Shown here: positions 22,675 to 33,300 of the stretch, in pieces
Numbering within the stretch: position 1 is the first letter of the stretch
Layout: every line of letters starts with the position of its first letter
Virus record (IMG/VR): IMGVR_UViG_3300045988_067475
Location: 1-39,645 of that record
Reading direction: 5' to 3' (one strand)
From: a virus
Length of the DNA: 39,645 nt
The notes under the pieces: generated by a model
What the model was told of the DNA's origin: nothing
Databases searched by the model: none
Seen by the model: the letters and a program-made list of their open reading frames with translations, nothing else
Position numbers and translations under genes: made by a program

Positions 22675-23091
22675 ATGGGGGAATGTATTTTGGTTAAAAA
22701 GCTGTGGGAAATCTGCCGTGACGCGAAAGATACCGCACATATTACGAACCAGCATATTGCAGACGAAACAGGTTTGGCTTTGAACACGGTTTCGCAATAT
22801 CTTCGCGGAGATACCAAGCAACCGTCTGTCTACACAGTCGGACCGATTTGCCGTGCATGCGGCGTTGATCTGAACGCCTACTTTGATATTGAAATACCGC
22901 GAGAAAAGAACCCGGACGATTGCAGCGCTTGCCCGGAACTGGCGCACGCAGAGCAGATGCAGCGGATCTATGAACGCGGGCTTCGCGTGCGTTCCGTGAT
23001 TATTATGGGGCTGTGCGTCATTCTGGTGCTGGCCCTGGTTGCGCTGATCATCGACCCTTGCAATCCAAACGTCGGCTGGGCTCGCGCATAG
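22675..23091 (+). CDS. Membrane-anchored HTH protein (138 aa; an alternative TTG start at 22690 gives 133 aa)
   Basis: The N-terminal HTH is ITNQHIADETGLALNTVSQYLRG. The C-terminal TM helix is VIIMGLCVILVLALVALII. A GGGGGA RBS fits TTG 22690. Confidence 0.65.
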   Translation: MGECILVKKLWEICRDAKDTAHITNQHIADETGLALNTVSQYLRGDTKQPSVYTVGPICRACGVDLNAYFDIEIPREKNPDDCSACPELAHAEQMQRIYERGLRVRSVIIMGLCVILVLALVALIIDPCNPNVGWARA

Positions 23092-23100
23092 GAGAATCAT

Positions 23101-24123
23101 ATGAAGAAAATCAGCGTTCCCGAAGCCAAGCAGCTTCCGTCCGGCGCGTATCGCTGCCGGGTAAAGGTAGACGGGAAAACATATTCTTTTACAGCTGCAA
23201 AAAAATCAGATGCCGAGCAGGAAGCGCGTGACTTCAAGCTCGGCTATCTTTCCGCGCCGGAGGAAAAAACGCTACTCACCGTCTCCGGCGCGATCGATCT
23301 CTATCTGGCCGCAAACGAAAAGTCGATTTCTCCGTCCACAAAGCGCGGCTATAAAACCATTCAAAATAACCGCCTGCAATCTTTAATGTCCATGCCCGTC
23401 TCGAGCCTTACAGACGCGCTCTGCCAGCGCGCCATAAATCTTGAAACCGTATCCCCGAAATCCGTAAAAAACGCGTGGGCGCTCGTCTCTGCCGCCGTGA
23501 AGCATCAGACGGGAAAAACATTCACCGTGTATCTCCCAAAACTTACGCAAGAGGAACACCCGTTCTTGCAGCCGGAACAAATCCAGACGTTTCTTTCCGC
23601 AATCGAAGGCACACCGTGCGAAATCCCCGCCCTTCTCGGTCTTCACTCCCTCCGGCGCTCTGAAATCATGGGTCTGAAATGGCGCAGCGTTGATCTGAAA
23701 AACGGCCTTCTGTATATTCGCGGTTCGACCGTCTACGATGAAGACAACAAGATCGTCAATAAGCCGGACAATAAAAATAAGACCTCCCGGCGCACGGTAC
23801 CGATTATGATACCGCGCCTGAAAGATCTTCTTTCCTCCGCGCCTCATGATTCCGAATTCGTTGTCACCTGTAACCCCAATACCATCTGGGCGCAGGTCAA
23901 CCGCATCTGCGCCGCCAACGGCCTTCCGAAAATCGGCACGCATGGCCTACGCCATTCCTTCTGTTCTCTCGCCTATCATCTTGGCGTATCTGAAAAGGTC
24001 GCCATGAAAATCGGCGGCTGGGCAGACTATCAGACTATGCGGAAAATTTACACGCACGTTGCCGATTCCGACATCGCCGCCTCTGTAAAATCCATCTCCG
24101 ATTTCTTCGCCCCGAAGCCCTGA
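23101..24123 (+). CDS. int: Tyrosine recombinase / phage integrase (340 aa)
   Basis: Catalytic signature is present: LRRSE (R), HGLRHSF (H-x-x-R), GGWAD and IYTHV (Y). GGAGA RBS. It is adjacent to attP. Confidence 0.9.
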   Translation: MKKISVPEAKQLPSGAYRCRVKVDGKTYSFTAAKKSDAEQEARDFKLGYLSAPEEKTLLTVSGAIDLYLAANEKSISPSTKRGYKTIQNNRLQSLMSMPVSSLTDALCQRAINLETVSPKSVKNAWALVSAAVKHQTGKTFTVYLPKLTQEEHPFLQPEQIQTFLSAIEGTPCEIPALLGLHSLRRSEIMGLKWRSVDLKNGLLYIRGSTVYDEDNKIVNKPDNKNKTSRRTVPIMIPRLKDLLSSAPHDSEFVVTCNPNTIWAQVNRICAANGLPKIGTHGLRHSFCSLAYHLGVSEKVAMKIGGWADYQTMRKIYTHVADSDIAASVKSISDFFAPKP

Positions 24124-24146
24124 ATTTCGTGACCCTGCTTTCAAAA

Positions 24147-24170
24147 GTGACACGAAAAGTGACACGAAAT
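24147..24170 (+). repeat. Arm-type integrase-binding repeats, left arm (2 tandem copies of GTGACACGAAA)
   Basis: Read directly at 24147-24158 and 24159-24170. A partial inverted copy lies at 24122-24133. Confidence 0.6.
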
Positions 24171-24213
24171 TAAAAGCGCATTGAAAACACTGTATTTTTG
24201 AGCGAATATGTAT

Positions 24214-24239
24214 GGGTTCAAGTCCCGCCTCGCGCACCA
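24214..24239 (+). other. attP core: a mimic of a tRNA gene 3' end (T-loop, 3' acceptor strand, CCA); not a complete tRNA
   Basis: GGGTTCAAGTCCCGCCTCGCGCACCA has a T-loop TTCAAGT, a 3' T-stem CCCGC, an acceptor strand CTCGCGC, a discriminator A and CCA. No 5' acceptor, D arm or anticodon arm lies upstream. Confidence 0.7.
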
Positions 24240-24247
24240 ATAAATGG

Positions 24248-24279
24248 AAGCCCGCAATCAACTGAGATTGCGGGCTTTT
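24248..24279 (+). terminator. Intrinsic terminator downstream of int/attP core
   Basis: AAGCCCGCAATC-aactga-GATTGCGGGCTT followed by TTTT. Confidence 0.75.
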
Positions 24280-24365
24280 CCTTGTATATCAATGGTTTCC
24301 GGGTTTTTGAGAGGTAAAAGAACGCATACAATAGTAAGTGTTCTTTTACAAAAATATCACAAATA

Positions 24366-24401
24366 GCGACACGAAAAGTGACACGAAAAGTGACACGAAA
24401 T
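24366..24401 (+). repeat. Arm-type integrase-binding repeats, right arm (3 tandem 12-nt copies)
   Basis: GCGACACGAAAA, GTGACACGAAAA and GTGACACGAAAT lie at 24366-24401, in the same orientation as the left arm. Confidence 0.6.
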
Positions 24402-24444
24402 TCAGAGCTTCAGAGTGAAGAAATCAGCGTCACCAATAATGAAT

Positions 24445-24903
24445 TTAGTTTGTGCTGTTTTTCTTCTTCGCAATGCAATGATAATACGCTGAAATCTTCT
24501 CCTCCGGCTCCCCTGCGTCCTTGTCAAACAGGAACGCCTGCGCCATATCCGCGTAAAATTCCGGCTTGTCCACCCCGTGCTTTCTCGCTACCATGCAGTA
24601 GTCCGAGCGCATCATGTTCACCGCCGCAAACCAGATACAGGCTGGAAGATACACACCCATGCTCTTTGCCATCGCGCTTGTCTCGTCCATCGTCCATTGC
24701 GCCCCAGTCGTGCCGTCGCTGTTTTCCATGTGCTCCACCCAGTAAAGCGCATCTTCTTTCGTGAACGTCTCGCCGCACTCAAGCTTCTCCAGCGCCCGAA
24801 TGGTCTTCGCGTAGAGCCTGACCTCTTCCACGTTCCCGGTCGTGGCCGGCCGCTCCATCAGCTCATGCAGCCGTTCCTGAAGCTTTTCTATGTATTTTCT
24901 CAT
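24445..24903 (-). CDS. Hypothetical protein (152 aa), post-lysis accessory gene
   Basis: Track ORF with ATGA coupling to the upstream gene. It is the last gene before attP. Confidence 0.6.
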   Translation of the reverse strand: MRKYIEKLQERLHELMERPATTGNVEEVRLYAKTIRALEKLECGETFTKEDALYWVEHMENSDGTTGAQWTMDETSAMAKSMGVYLPACIWFAAVNMMRSDYCMVARKHGVDKPEFYADMAQAFLFDKDAGEPEEKISAYYHCIAKKKNSTN

Positions 24904-25238
24904 GCTGCCTCCTTGATATATCTGTAAAGTTTGTCAACATCGTTCTGGTCAAATGTCAGCTCCCCGATAAACGGAATCGAAACCGGGAGCCGCTGCTCAA
25001 ACTTTGGTCTCGCCACATTGTAAAGCCGGTCAATGTTGATGTTCCCTGTCTCGTCCATAATGCCCATCATCTGCACAACCGGGTGTTCCCGCAGCGCAAG
25101 GATTCGTTCTTTCCCGCCGTCCATCATAAGCGCCATCGCGATACCGGCTCCGATCCCCTTTCCGGTCGGAAGATGCGGAAGAATCTCCGTGTCAACAAAA
25201 CGCACGATGCCGCGCATTGCCTGATCAATTGTTACCAT
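24900..25238 (-). CDS. Hypothetical protein (112 aa), post-lysis accessory gene
   Basis: Track ORF with a GGAGGGG RBS. Confidence 0.6.
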   Translation of the reverse strand: MVTIDQAMRGIVRFVDTEILPHLPTGKGIGAGIAMALMMDGGKERILALREHPVVQMMGIMDETGNINIDRLYNVARPKFEQRLPVSIPFIGELTFDQNDVDKLYRYIKEAA

Positions 25239-25285
25239 ATGCCCCTCCTGAGACGTTGGGGCGGCGGTTGCCGCCCCTTTGTACG

Positions 25286-25774
25286 TTAGGTCGTCGTGCT
25301 GGTTGTCGGTGCCGTCCAGCTGTTATACCGCTGCATAGGCTCCGGGCAGACGTTGCCGATGGGAATGACGGTCTTCGTCATGGCCGAGAGCGCCGCGATC
25401 TCATTCTGCATGCAGCTGATATTCGCCGTGGTCTGCGCATTGATCACGCGCTGCTGACAGAGCTGCTCTTCGATCGAGCGCATTCTGCCGTCCGTGTACT
25501 GGTACAGCTCGAGCATTTTCTTGTCGGTGTAAGCGTTCGCGTCGCGCAGCTTCACTTCCGTCTCCAGCTCTGCGATTCGTGCGGACTGACCAGCCTCATA
25601 CCGGCTGACATACCGGTTGTCACTGTTACCCGCAGCCATAGCCGCAGCCGCAGCAGGATTCGCGCCGAATCCGCCGAGGATGCCGCCGAGACCGCCGTTC
25701 AGCACGCCAAGACCGGTGCCGATCGCGCCCAGCGTCACGCCGAGGTTGCCTTTTCCGTTGCTTGCGTATTCCAT
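25286..25774 (-). CDS. Hypothetical Gly-rich / coiled-coil protein (162 aa from ATG 25774)
   Basis: Internal ATG follows GGGGGT. The N-terminus is glycine-rich and hydrophobic (LGVTLGAIGTGLGVLNGGLGGILGGFG), followed by a coiled-coil-like region. Confidence 0.55.
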   Translation of the reverse strand: MEYASNGKGNLGVTLGAIGTGLGVLNGGLGGILGGFGANPAAAAAMAAGNSDNRYVSRYEAGQSARIAELETEVKLRDANAYTDKKMLELYQYTDGRMRSIEEQLCQQRVINAQTTANISCMQNEIAALSAMTKTVIPIGNVCPEPMQRYNSWTAPTTSTTT

Positions 25775-25871
25775 AAAAATACCCCCAAAAAGATAGTGAA
25801 CCGGCCAGTTCCTACCATCATTCTGTGGGAAAACGCCATAACAAAAAACCAAGCCAAAGGCTAGAAAAGGC

Positions 25872-25903
25872 ATAGAAAAAGGCAGGCGCTTACGCGTCTG
25901 CCT
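25872..25903 (-). terminator. Intrinsic terminator ending the late operon
   Basis: The stem is 25880-25888/25895-25903, followed by UUUUUC in minus sense. The stop codon of 25890..26102 lies in the loop. Confidence 0.65.
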
Positions 25904-26102
25904 TCAATAAAACTTCCGTGCATCGTTTGATAATGCCCTTCATACCATTCACAGAAAACCCGAACCGTTCGGCCAACCGCTCTGCCGTTTCCCCGTCGCA
26001 GATATTCCTTCGCATGATCTCCCGATACAGTGCGTTGTGAATCCATTCAGAAATCAGGTGCTCCCACTCACTGCGCGGCTTTAATGGCAATCCGCGCTGC
26101 AT
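25890..26102 (-). CDS. Small HTH protein (70 aa), Mor / sigma-70-region-4-like, putative transcription regulator
   Basis: REIMRRNICDGETAERLAERFGFSVNGMKGIIKRC resembles Mor-family and region-4 HTH proteins. It is the last gene of the late operon. Confidence 0.4.
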   Translation of the reverse strand: MQRGLPLKPRSEWEHLISEWIHNALYREIMRRNICDGETAERLAERFGFSVNGMKGIIKRCTEVLLKADA

Positions 26103-26109
26103 ATTTCCC

Positions 26110-26814
26110 CTACTTTCTGTTCAGAACCGCAATGCTTCCCTGATTCGACACTTCCAAATCGAGCGCCGCCGCAAGGTCTCTGACCTTGATATAGTTCGTG
26201 CCGTCCTTGAGAATCCGGTCGACTTCGATCTCCTTGCCGTCTACAATGATCTTCGATTTTTCTACCACTTCCAGCTCTCCTTCCGACTTTTCGCCGTTTC
26301 CAAGTGCCATTGCCGTATGTCTCGATTCGTTGACGAGCACGTCGCCCTCCAAGAGATAGTCCGGGCAGTCCAGATACTTACGATCTGTAAGCAGCTCAAA
26401 TTCACCTGTCTTGCCCCACTGCTGCCGCATCTGGAACGTCGCCGGGGCGTTTCCTGCCGTGTATGCAGACTCCATGTCCACGCCTGCCGCTTCTGCGCAA
26501 ACCGCCATAAATGCCGAGCAGTCCGTCTCACAGTCGTCTGTGACCGCCGCAAGATTCCACTTGGCGAGTTTTGCGTAATACCGCAGCGTATTCCTCTGCC
26601 ACTGGTCATACCCGATGTGCCGATTTCCAACGCCCGCGCGGCACGCCGCCGCCATCTTTTTTGCTGTGGTTCTCCACTTTGGCCGCAGGACCAGTGTCCA
26701 GCCGTTGGCATACCAGTCTCGGATATTCAGCTCCCAGCCGGACTGATTACCGGCGCTGCCGCCGGTAATCTTTCCACGCTCGTCAATGCTTGCCTGCCCG
26801 ATAAGCACGCTCAC
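26110..26814 (-). CDS. Endolysin (234 aa from GTG 26814): NlpC/P60-like cysteine peptidase with a Cu-amine-oxidase-N1-like wall-binding domain
   Basis: GTG follows GGAGGTGGAAAG and overlaps the holin stop. [16 protein letters not shown] resembles the DCSG catalytic motif, with a later ESRHTAMAL. The C-terminus [34 protein letters not shown] is typical of the clostridial wall-binding module. Confidence 0.7.
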   Translation of the reverse strand: MSVLIGQASIDERGKITGGSAGNQSGWELNIRDWYANGWTLVLRPKWRTTAKKMAAACRAGVGNRHIGYDQWQRNTLRYYAKLAKWNLAAVTDDCETDCSAFMAVCAEAAGVDMESAYTAGNAPATFQMRQQWGKTGEFELLTDRKYLDCPDYLLEGDVLVNESRHTAMALGNGEKSEGELEVVEKSKIIVDGKEIEVDRILKDGTNYIKVRDLAAALDLEVSNQGSIAVLNRK

Positions 26815-27008
26815 TCGCTTTCCACCTCCGGAAGACCCGCAACCGAGGTCAGCAGCGACAGGATACCCGCCAGAGCCGACGCCGAAGCGACCGCGACCCA
26901 GTTCACTTCGTTCAAAAGCGCCGACGTGCCGATCGTCGCAATCGCCGTCTGACACACCGTTTTCACCGCGCGGATCCCCGCAGCCTTCCACCAATTTTTG
27001 TTCATCAT
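26811..27008 (-). CDS. Holin (65 aa from ATG 27008)
   Basis: AAAGGAG RBS. The sequence [27 protein letters not shown]...[21 protein letters not shown] has two TM segments. It lies immediately upstream of the endolysin. Confidence 0.7.
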   Translation of the reverse strand: MMNKNWWKAAGIRAVKTVCQTAIATIGTSALLNEVNWVAVASASALAGILSLLTSVAGLPEVESE

Positions 27009-27022
27009 ACCATACTCCTTTC

Positions 27023-27325
27023 TCATGCTTTCAGACCGAGTCTGAACAGCACATATCCAATGATTCCGCCAACTACCGCCGTGACAATGGTTTTCACCGC
27101 CCCCTCCCACATTGCCCCCGGCTTGCCCGTAAGACGCTGAACGGTCTTGTCGATCTTATTGATCTTTTCGTTCATCGTCTTAAACTGTTCTGCCATGACC
27201 TTCACCGACGAAGTCAATTCCTGTAAGACCTTGTAGTCTGCTTCCAGATCATTGATCCGGCGCGTGTTGTCCCGCGTCAGTGCCTCCGTTTCCGTCAATC
27301 TGTGTTCCATTTCTACTTCATTCAT
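27023..27325 (-). CDS. xhlA: XhlA-like lysis-associated membrane protein (100 aa)
   Basis: An N-terminal coiled coil ([29 protein letters not shown]) is followed by a single C-terminal TM helix ([22 protein letters not shown]), as in the XhlA family. GAAGGGAG RBS. Confidence 0.55.
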   Translation of the reverse strand: MNEVEMEHRLTETEALTRDNTRRINDLEADYKVLQELTSSVKVMAEQFKTMNEKINKIDKTVQRLTGKPGAMWEGAVKTIVTAVVGGIIGYVLFRLGLKA

Positions 27326-27341
27326 AGGCGCTCCCTTCTAT

Positions 27342-30300
27342 TTACCCGGCCATTCGGACGGGGATTTTTGTCCCGTTCTTCTCCGCGATGATCTCCCCGC
27401 GAACCAGTTTCCAAGTCCACCCGTCCGGCGCGCCCCACGTCTTCATGACGCCGTTCTGCATCATCTTATACGCAAGCTGCCCCGCCTTCGAGCCGACCGT
27501 GTATCCCTCGCCCGGCTCGTCGTCAAAGCCGTTTCTTCCGAGGACGGCCCGCGCCCGAAGCTGCCGCCCGTCCTTTGTCCGGACGATCACGTCTCCATTT
27601 TCTCCGACCGACCATACAGACCCGTCCTTCGCTTCATACCGGTCTTTCCGCTTGAGAAGCAGGCTCAGATACTCCCGGTATCCATCGTCCGTCCGGATGT
27701 CGTAGGTTTCCTCCTGTGGCTCTTGCTCTGCGGAGGATACCCCATCCCAGCCGACGTTCTTCTGGATTTTCTTCCTCGTGCTCTCTGCGTAATCCTGAAC
27801 GCTGACGGCAATCGCGTATTTCTGCTCCGCTGTCATGTCCGTTTGGTTGAGATAATCGCAGAACCAAGCCCATTTCGTTCCGAAGCCCTGTGACTTCCGC
27901 TCGTCGGCATTCGGTGCTTCCTTGAACTGCGCCCATGCGTCGATGTAGTCGGCCATTGCCGCGCCCGTGTCCATGACGCTGTGCGTCCATCCGGTCTGCG
28001 CTCTCGCCGAAAGCTCGCTCTTCGCCGCCGCGACGCTGATATTGCCCTCCCGGAGCTCCGAGGAAAGATACCGGAGGTTCTTCACCGAGTCCGCGTAGAA
28101 CCCGGCGCGTACTGCGTCCTTCTGGTCTTCCGTCCAGTCCCGGCGCTCGAGCCAGGAATCAAACTGATCTTCCGCGCTGCGCACAACGTTTCCGTCCATG
28201 TCGTAGACCGTTTCGATGTTCTTGAGCGCCGCCTTTGCTTCCTGATACATGGCTTCCGTGGCTCCTGCCGCCATGCCGAACCGCTCGTAGGCCTTCTGCG
28301 CCTGACTCTTTTTCTCTGCATCGCTGCTCCATCCGCTGAAAGTTCCGCCGCCAGTCCCGCTGGAAGCGTAGCTGCCGGAACTGGAAGTGGCACTTCCGGT
28401 CGACGTGACCGCTGTACCGCCGGGGTTTCCACCGTCTGTAGCGGGCGCAACATACGCCGCGCCAAGCTTGTTTGCGATTTTCTTCTTGGTCTTCTCAGAC
28501 ATGGAGCGGTCTGTGCTGATCGCGATCGCGTACTTCTGTTCTTTGGTCAGTTCCGTGTTCTTGTTCAGCTCATTGCAGAACCATTCCCACTTGCTGTCAA
28601 AGCCCATCTTGTCGCGTTCTTCCGCTGTCGGCGCGTTCTCAAACGTCGCCATGCTGGAAATGTAATCGCGCATCTGAACGCCGGTGCTGCTGACATTGTG
28701 CGTCCATCCGTACTGGTATGTGGGGGATAGTGCTTGCTTCGCCTCTCCGACGGTAATGTTTCCGATGTCAAGGTCTTCCACAAGTTTGTTATAGGTATCT
28801 ACCGTATCCCCGTAGAAGCCCATGCGAAGCGCCTTTTTCTGTTCTTCGGTCAGATTCTTCGAATCCAGCCAATCGTCATACTGATTCTGTACGCTACTGG
28901 TCACAATGCCGTCAATGTCTTTGACTTCGTGCATTCTCGCGTGCGCGCTGGACGCTTCCAGCATCATCTGCGGCGTAACGCCTGCGGCCTTTCCGAACTT
29001 CTGATACGCATCGACTTCCCGGGCAGACAGAACCGCAATTGCTGTCCGGTCGTTCAGCTCATTGTCGTTGTATGCCTGCAAAAGCTCGTCCCGGTTCGTG
29101 CCGTCTTTATTCGCATCCTTGTATTTGGCCTTGACTGCCTCGTCGAGGAAATACTCTGCAAGCGTCTTCTGGTTTTTCCCTTCAAGCTTCTGCTGCTCTT
29201 CGGAAAGTTTGTATCCAAATTTCGCCTTTTCCGCATTCTGGAAATACTCTGCCGCCTTTTCCCGCGCAGATTCTTTCAGATCGTCGGATACCCCTGCATA
29301 CGCAAGCGAATCATAGATCTTCTGCACGTTCCCAAGCTTGTTTTTCGCTTCGTCGCTGATGTACTTTTCACTCTCAACGGCTCGCCCGAGAATCGCGTTC
29401 ACGATCTCCTCGTCGGATTTCCCCTTTAGTCCGTTGATCCATTTCTCATCGCTTTCATAGCCAACGCCCGCCGCTTCTTTTCCAAGCGCGTTCGCGTACT
29501 CCTGCGAAAGACTCATTGCCTTAGACTTTACATTATCCGGAAGCCCCTTGTAGATATCGCTATCCAACATATTCTTCCGGAGATTATAGTCCGTCTGGCC
29601 TCTCGTTTCTGTATAGTTTGCGTATTGTTCAGAGGTCAGTTTGACATTCTCCCCATCTACGGCAATGCTCTTCGGCGGCTTCGTATAGAAGTTGGAGTAT
29701 TCCGCGTTCACATCATGCAGCCGCGCGATTTCTTCTTCGACTGCATCTGTCTTTTGCTTGGAAGGATATACCGGCGTGACCGCTTTGAAAACGCCCTCGC
29801 CAAAGCCGTTTGCTCCGTTTCCTTCGACCGGAACGCCCCAGTTTCCGTAGGTAACGGCCATATCCTCCCGAAGCCCCGGGAGCTTCTTCTGTACACCCTG
29901 TACGGCAGACTGCACCGGACTCCAAGCGCCGTCCGGTTCCAGATACGTACTTCTCTGGTTCTTGTCAAGACTGGCCGCTACACGCCCCACGATCGTCGGC
30001 ACGTACTGCCCGACATAGTTTCCGATAATCTGTACGCCCATCTTGGTCAGTAGCTCGCCGGTTCCCGCGTTGTCGGAATTCTGAATCGTCGTCAGGATGC
30101 TGTCCATGCCGCTGAGCATCGACTGCTCAAACACCGGGTCTGTGATCTTGGACAGCGCATCGAGAAAATCTTCAAACGAGATCGGTTCGTCACCGTTTCG
30201 CGCGTTCTGCGCCGCCTCCCAGATTTGCGCGCCCGTCAATAGCCCTGTCCCGGCCAGCGTCAGGCTGTCAATGGGAATATACGTATCTCCAACCAGAATG

Positions 30301-33300
30301 GAGAAATCTTTCGCGCCAAAGGCGTTCTTCTGCTGCTCTTTTTCCTTGTCGTCGCCGACGCCCGTCGCCCGAAGGATTCCCTGCTTGGCCAGCATCGCGC
30401 CGACGCCGAGAAGCGCCGTCCCAGTGGTTGCCGCCGCAAAATCATCAATTGCTTTGGCCGCCGTGATATCCGGATTCCCTTTCTGCATCTGAATGAGATC
30501 CCATGCCCCTTTCAGATACCCGAGCGGCGAATATTCCACCGTCCGAACCATAACGTTTGCCGGGACCTTCTTGAATGGATAGACCGTGCTGGACAAGAAC
30601 CGTCCGAGTTTGCTTCCCTTTCCAAGAGATGTCGCCCACTTGGATACGGCGTTCAGGTCGTTATACGTGCCCTTCTTCGCTTCGGTCATTGCGTAGGTTC
30701 TAGCCGCGTCTGTGATTTCCGTAAGCCCATTGGCTTTCATATACCCGGCCAGCGCCACAGAATACATAGGCTTCGAGAACCACATATCTTCCACTTCCAG
30801 CGCCTTGCTGTTCAGGTTGTTCGCCTTTTCCGCGATATTCAAAGCCTTGTCAATTCCGCGTGTCAAAGCGTTCTGCGGGTCGTTGATCTTCCAGTACCGG
30901 CGCTTGTCATTGATGTCACCCGCCGTGTTGGAGTACTTCCCCGTGCTGTCTTCATAAAGATCGACTGCGTTGTCGTAGTCCGCCCAGCCCAGATTCAGAA
31001 GATTCTGGTCTGCCTTATTCAGCGGATTTAAGAATGCTTTCGTTCGGCCTTCTTTGTTCCCGATGAAAACAGTTTCCATGAGCGCCGCAAGGTTATCCTT
31101 GCCGATCTTTGCAACTGCGCCGGAGACGTTACCCATGATGTTCTTTGCATGTGTCGAAGGGTTCGCCAGCATCGAGAAATACCGCCACTGCTGCGCCGCT
31201 TCGCCGAGAGATGTCGGAATCTGGTCTGCAACATTTTGATAAATGTTCTGCAAAGCGGCTTCCTGCGCGTCTGCCGTCGCGGCGTTCTGATACGTCTGCA
31301 AAAGCGCATCCGGAACATTGATCTCGATCTGCTTGTTCGCGGCTCTTCTCTGGTTGATCTGCGCTTCCAGATTGGAGACCATCTTCTGCACCGTGAAGAT
31401 TCTGCCCTCCGGCGTTAAGGACTTCATGAGTCTTGCCGCCTGCACCGTCTGACCGGCGTTTGTCTCAACCGCCGTCAGTGCAACCAGAATGTCGGACGCT
31501 GCGTTGTAGTCCCCTTCCGCGATAGCGTCTGCATACAGTGTCGTACCCTGAGAAACGAATTTTGCCCCGGCCTTTCCTGCGTTTGCGTCGCGAATGAACT
31601 CTCCGCGGATTTGCTCGATGCTCTTGCCTCTGGCATACTGCTTTTCAATCTGCTTTGCGCCGTCCTCAATCGCCTGCTTGTTACCGTAGACCTCATGACT
31701 GAGCTTTCCATCCTGCACCAGCTGCTCAATTCTTCCGACCATCTCGTCTGTCGTGATCTGCGCCTCTGCCGCTGTCCGGGAGAACCTGCTGACTTTTGTT
31801 TCTCCGTCCATAGAAGCGGGGATATCCACCACACGCGAAGGATTCTCGCCGGGAGGAATCGCGCCGTACTGGTTGCTCGCATGGCTCAAGGGGTCAAATC
31901 CGGCAGGCGCCGCGCCGGGCGCTTCGATCTGTGCTGCTTCCGTGCCTGCCGGAGACGCACCCTGCCGCTCTGCATGCCACGTGCGTTCTTCTGTTCCTGT
32001 CTCCGCATTTGCGGCGAGGCTAGTATCTACCGGCTTGGGCGCGTTCTGCTCGTCTTCCGTCTCCATCAGCCATGTAAGCGCTGATGTTTCTGATTTTTGC
32101 CGCATATCCGCGCCGGGAATCTGCTGCTTCGCACGGATATACGCCTCGTTTGGTGGAACGAATGTACCCGCCTCGCTTTTCGGTGTCATTGCATCGTACC
32201 CATTTGTGAGCATATCATCGAGCAAAAATTCCACGCGCCGAGCATCGGCGTAGTTTTCTGCGCCCTCATCTTTAATGATGTTCTCCGCAGCTTTTGCAAG
32301 ATTATCCCACGTAATGCCAAAGCGGTCTTTGAGTTCGGCAATACCTTTTGTCGTGCGTCTCTTTGTTCCTGTCCAGTGATAGTATCCGCCGTTATCTCCA
32401 TTTTCTGTTGGCGTGGCGAAACGTTCACCTTTGGTCGAATCTGCAATATCCTCCAAGAGAAGTTCCGCTGCTTCCTTCATGTACTCATGGAGTTCCGGAT
32501 TGTCATACTGGAACGAATGTCCGCCTCGCTGCATTCTCTCGCTGATATCATGGTTGTCTATATGGTTGGCCGGATCGACTTTGTAAATGCCGCCGCCTGC
32601 ATCATATTTGTACTGTGTTTTTCCAGTCTCAATATCGTTAAGGAACGCATTTAAGGCAGCCGCGTCTTCACCCTGCAACGAGTTACCGTAGTCCACCCAC
32701 TGATTGAAAGACAGTTTTCCTTTGTTTTTTTCTATCAGTTTATCAAAATCACCCTTGATTTTCTCAGAAGCAGCATTTATATTAGAGGTGCCGGCTTCCG
32801 CTGCATTCGACCTTACAGGCCCGTTCATCGGCGACTCTGTTGTTTGTTCGAATGTGGCGGAATTTTTATTTTGGTTCATAGCCGCCAGAATCGCATTATC
32901 CAGCGCCGTCGCTTCTCTTGTCTGCGTCACATTCTCCGGCGTCTGCACGCCCTGCAACGCATCGAGAATTGCCTGATCGAGCGGGCTTGCTGTCGGGTCG
33001 ACAATGCGGTTTCGCGCATTGATTGCCTCCTGCGCCAGCATCTGCCCGCCGCCAAGAATGCCGCCGATTGCTGCGCCCATTCCGAATTCCTTCAACGATT
33101 GGTCGAAATTGAAGACTGCATCTTCGTTTTTGCCCGTGTCGTCGTTCCACGGCGCATCCTGATTGTAGACAGCTTTGTTTACAAGGCGCTCAATCATGCC
33201 CTGCACGACTTCTTCCTTGCCTTCATCCAGAGACGAAGAAACCCATTTCCGGATTTTCTCCGCGCTGGTAAGCCCTTCTTTTCTCAGTTCGCCCGGCAAC

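Noticed and set aside
24181-24239. A tRNA gene next to the integrase
   Set aside because: Only the T-loop, the 3' T-stem, the 3' acceptor strand and CCA are present. The upstream sequence cannot form an acceptor 5' strand, a D arm or an anticodon arm. This is the attP core, not a gene.
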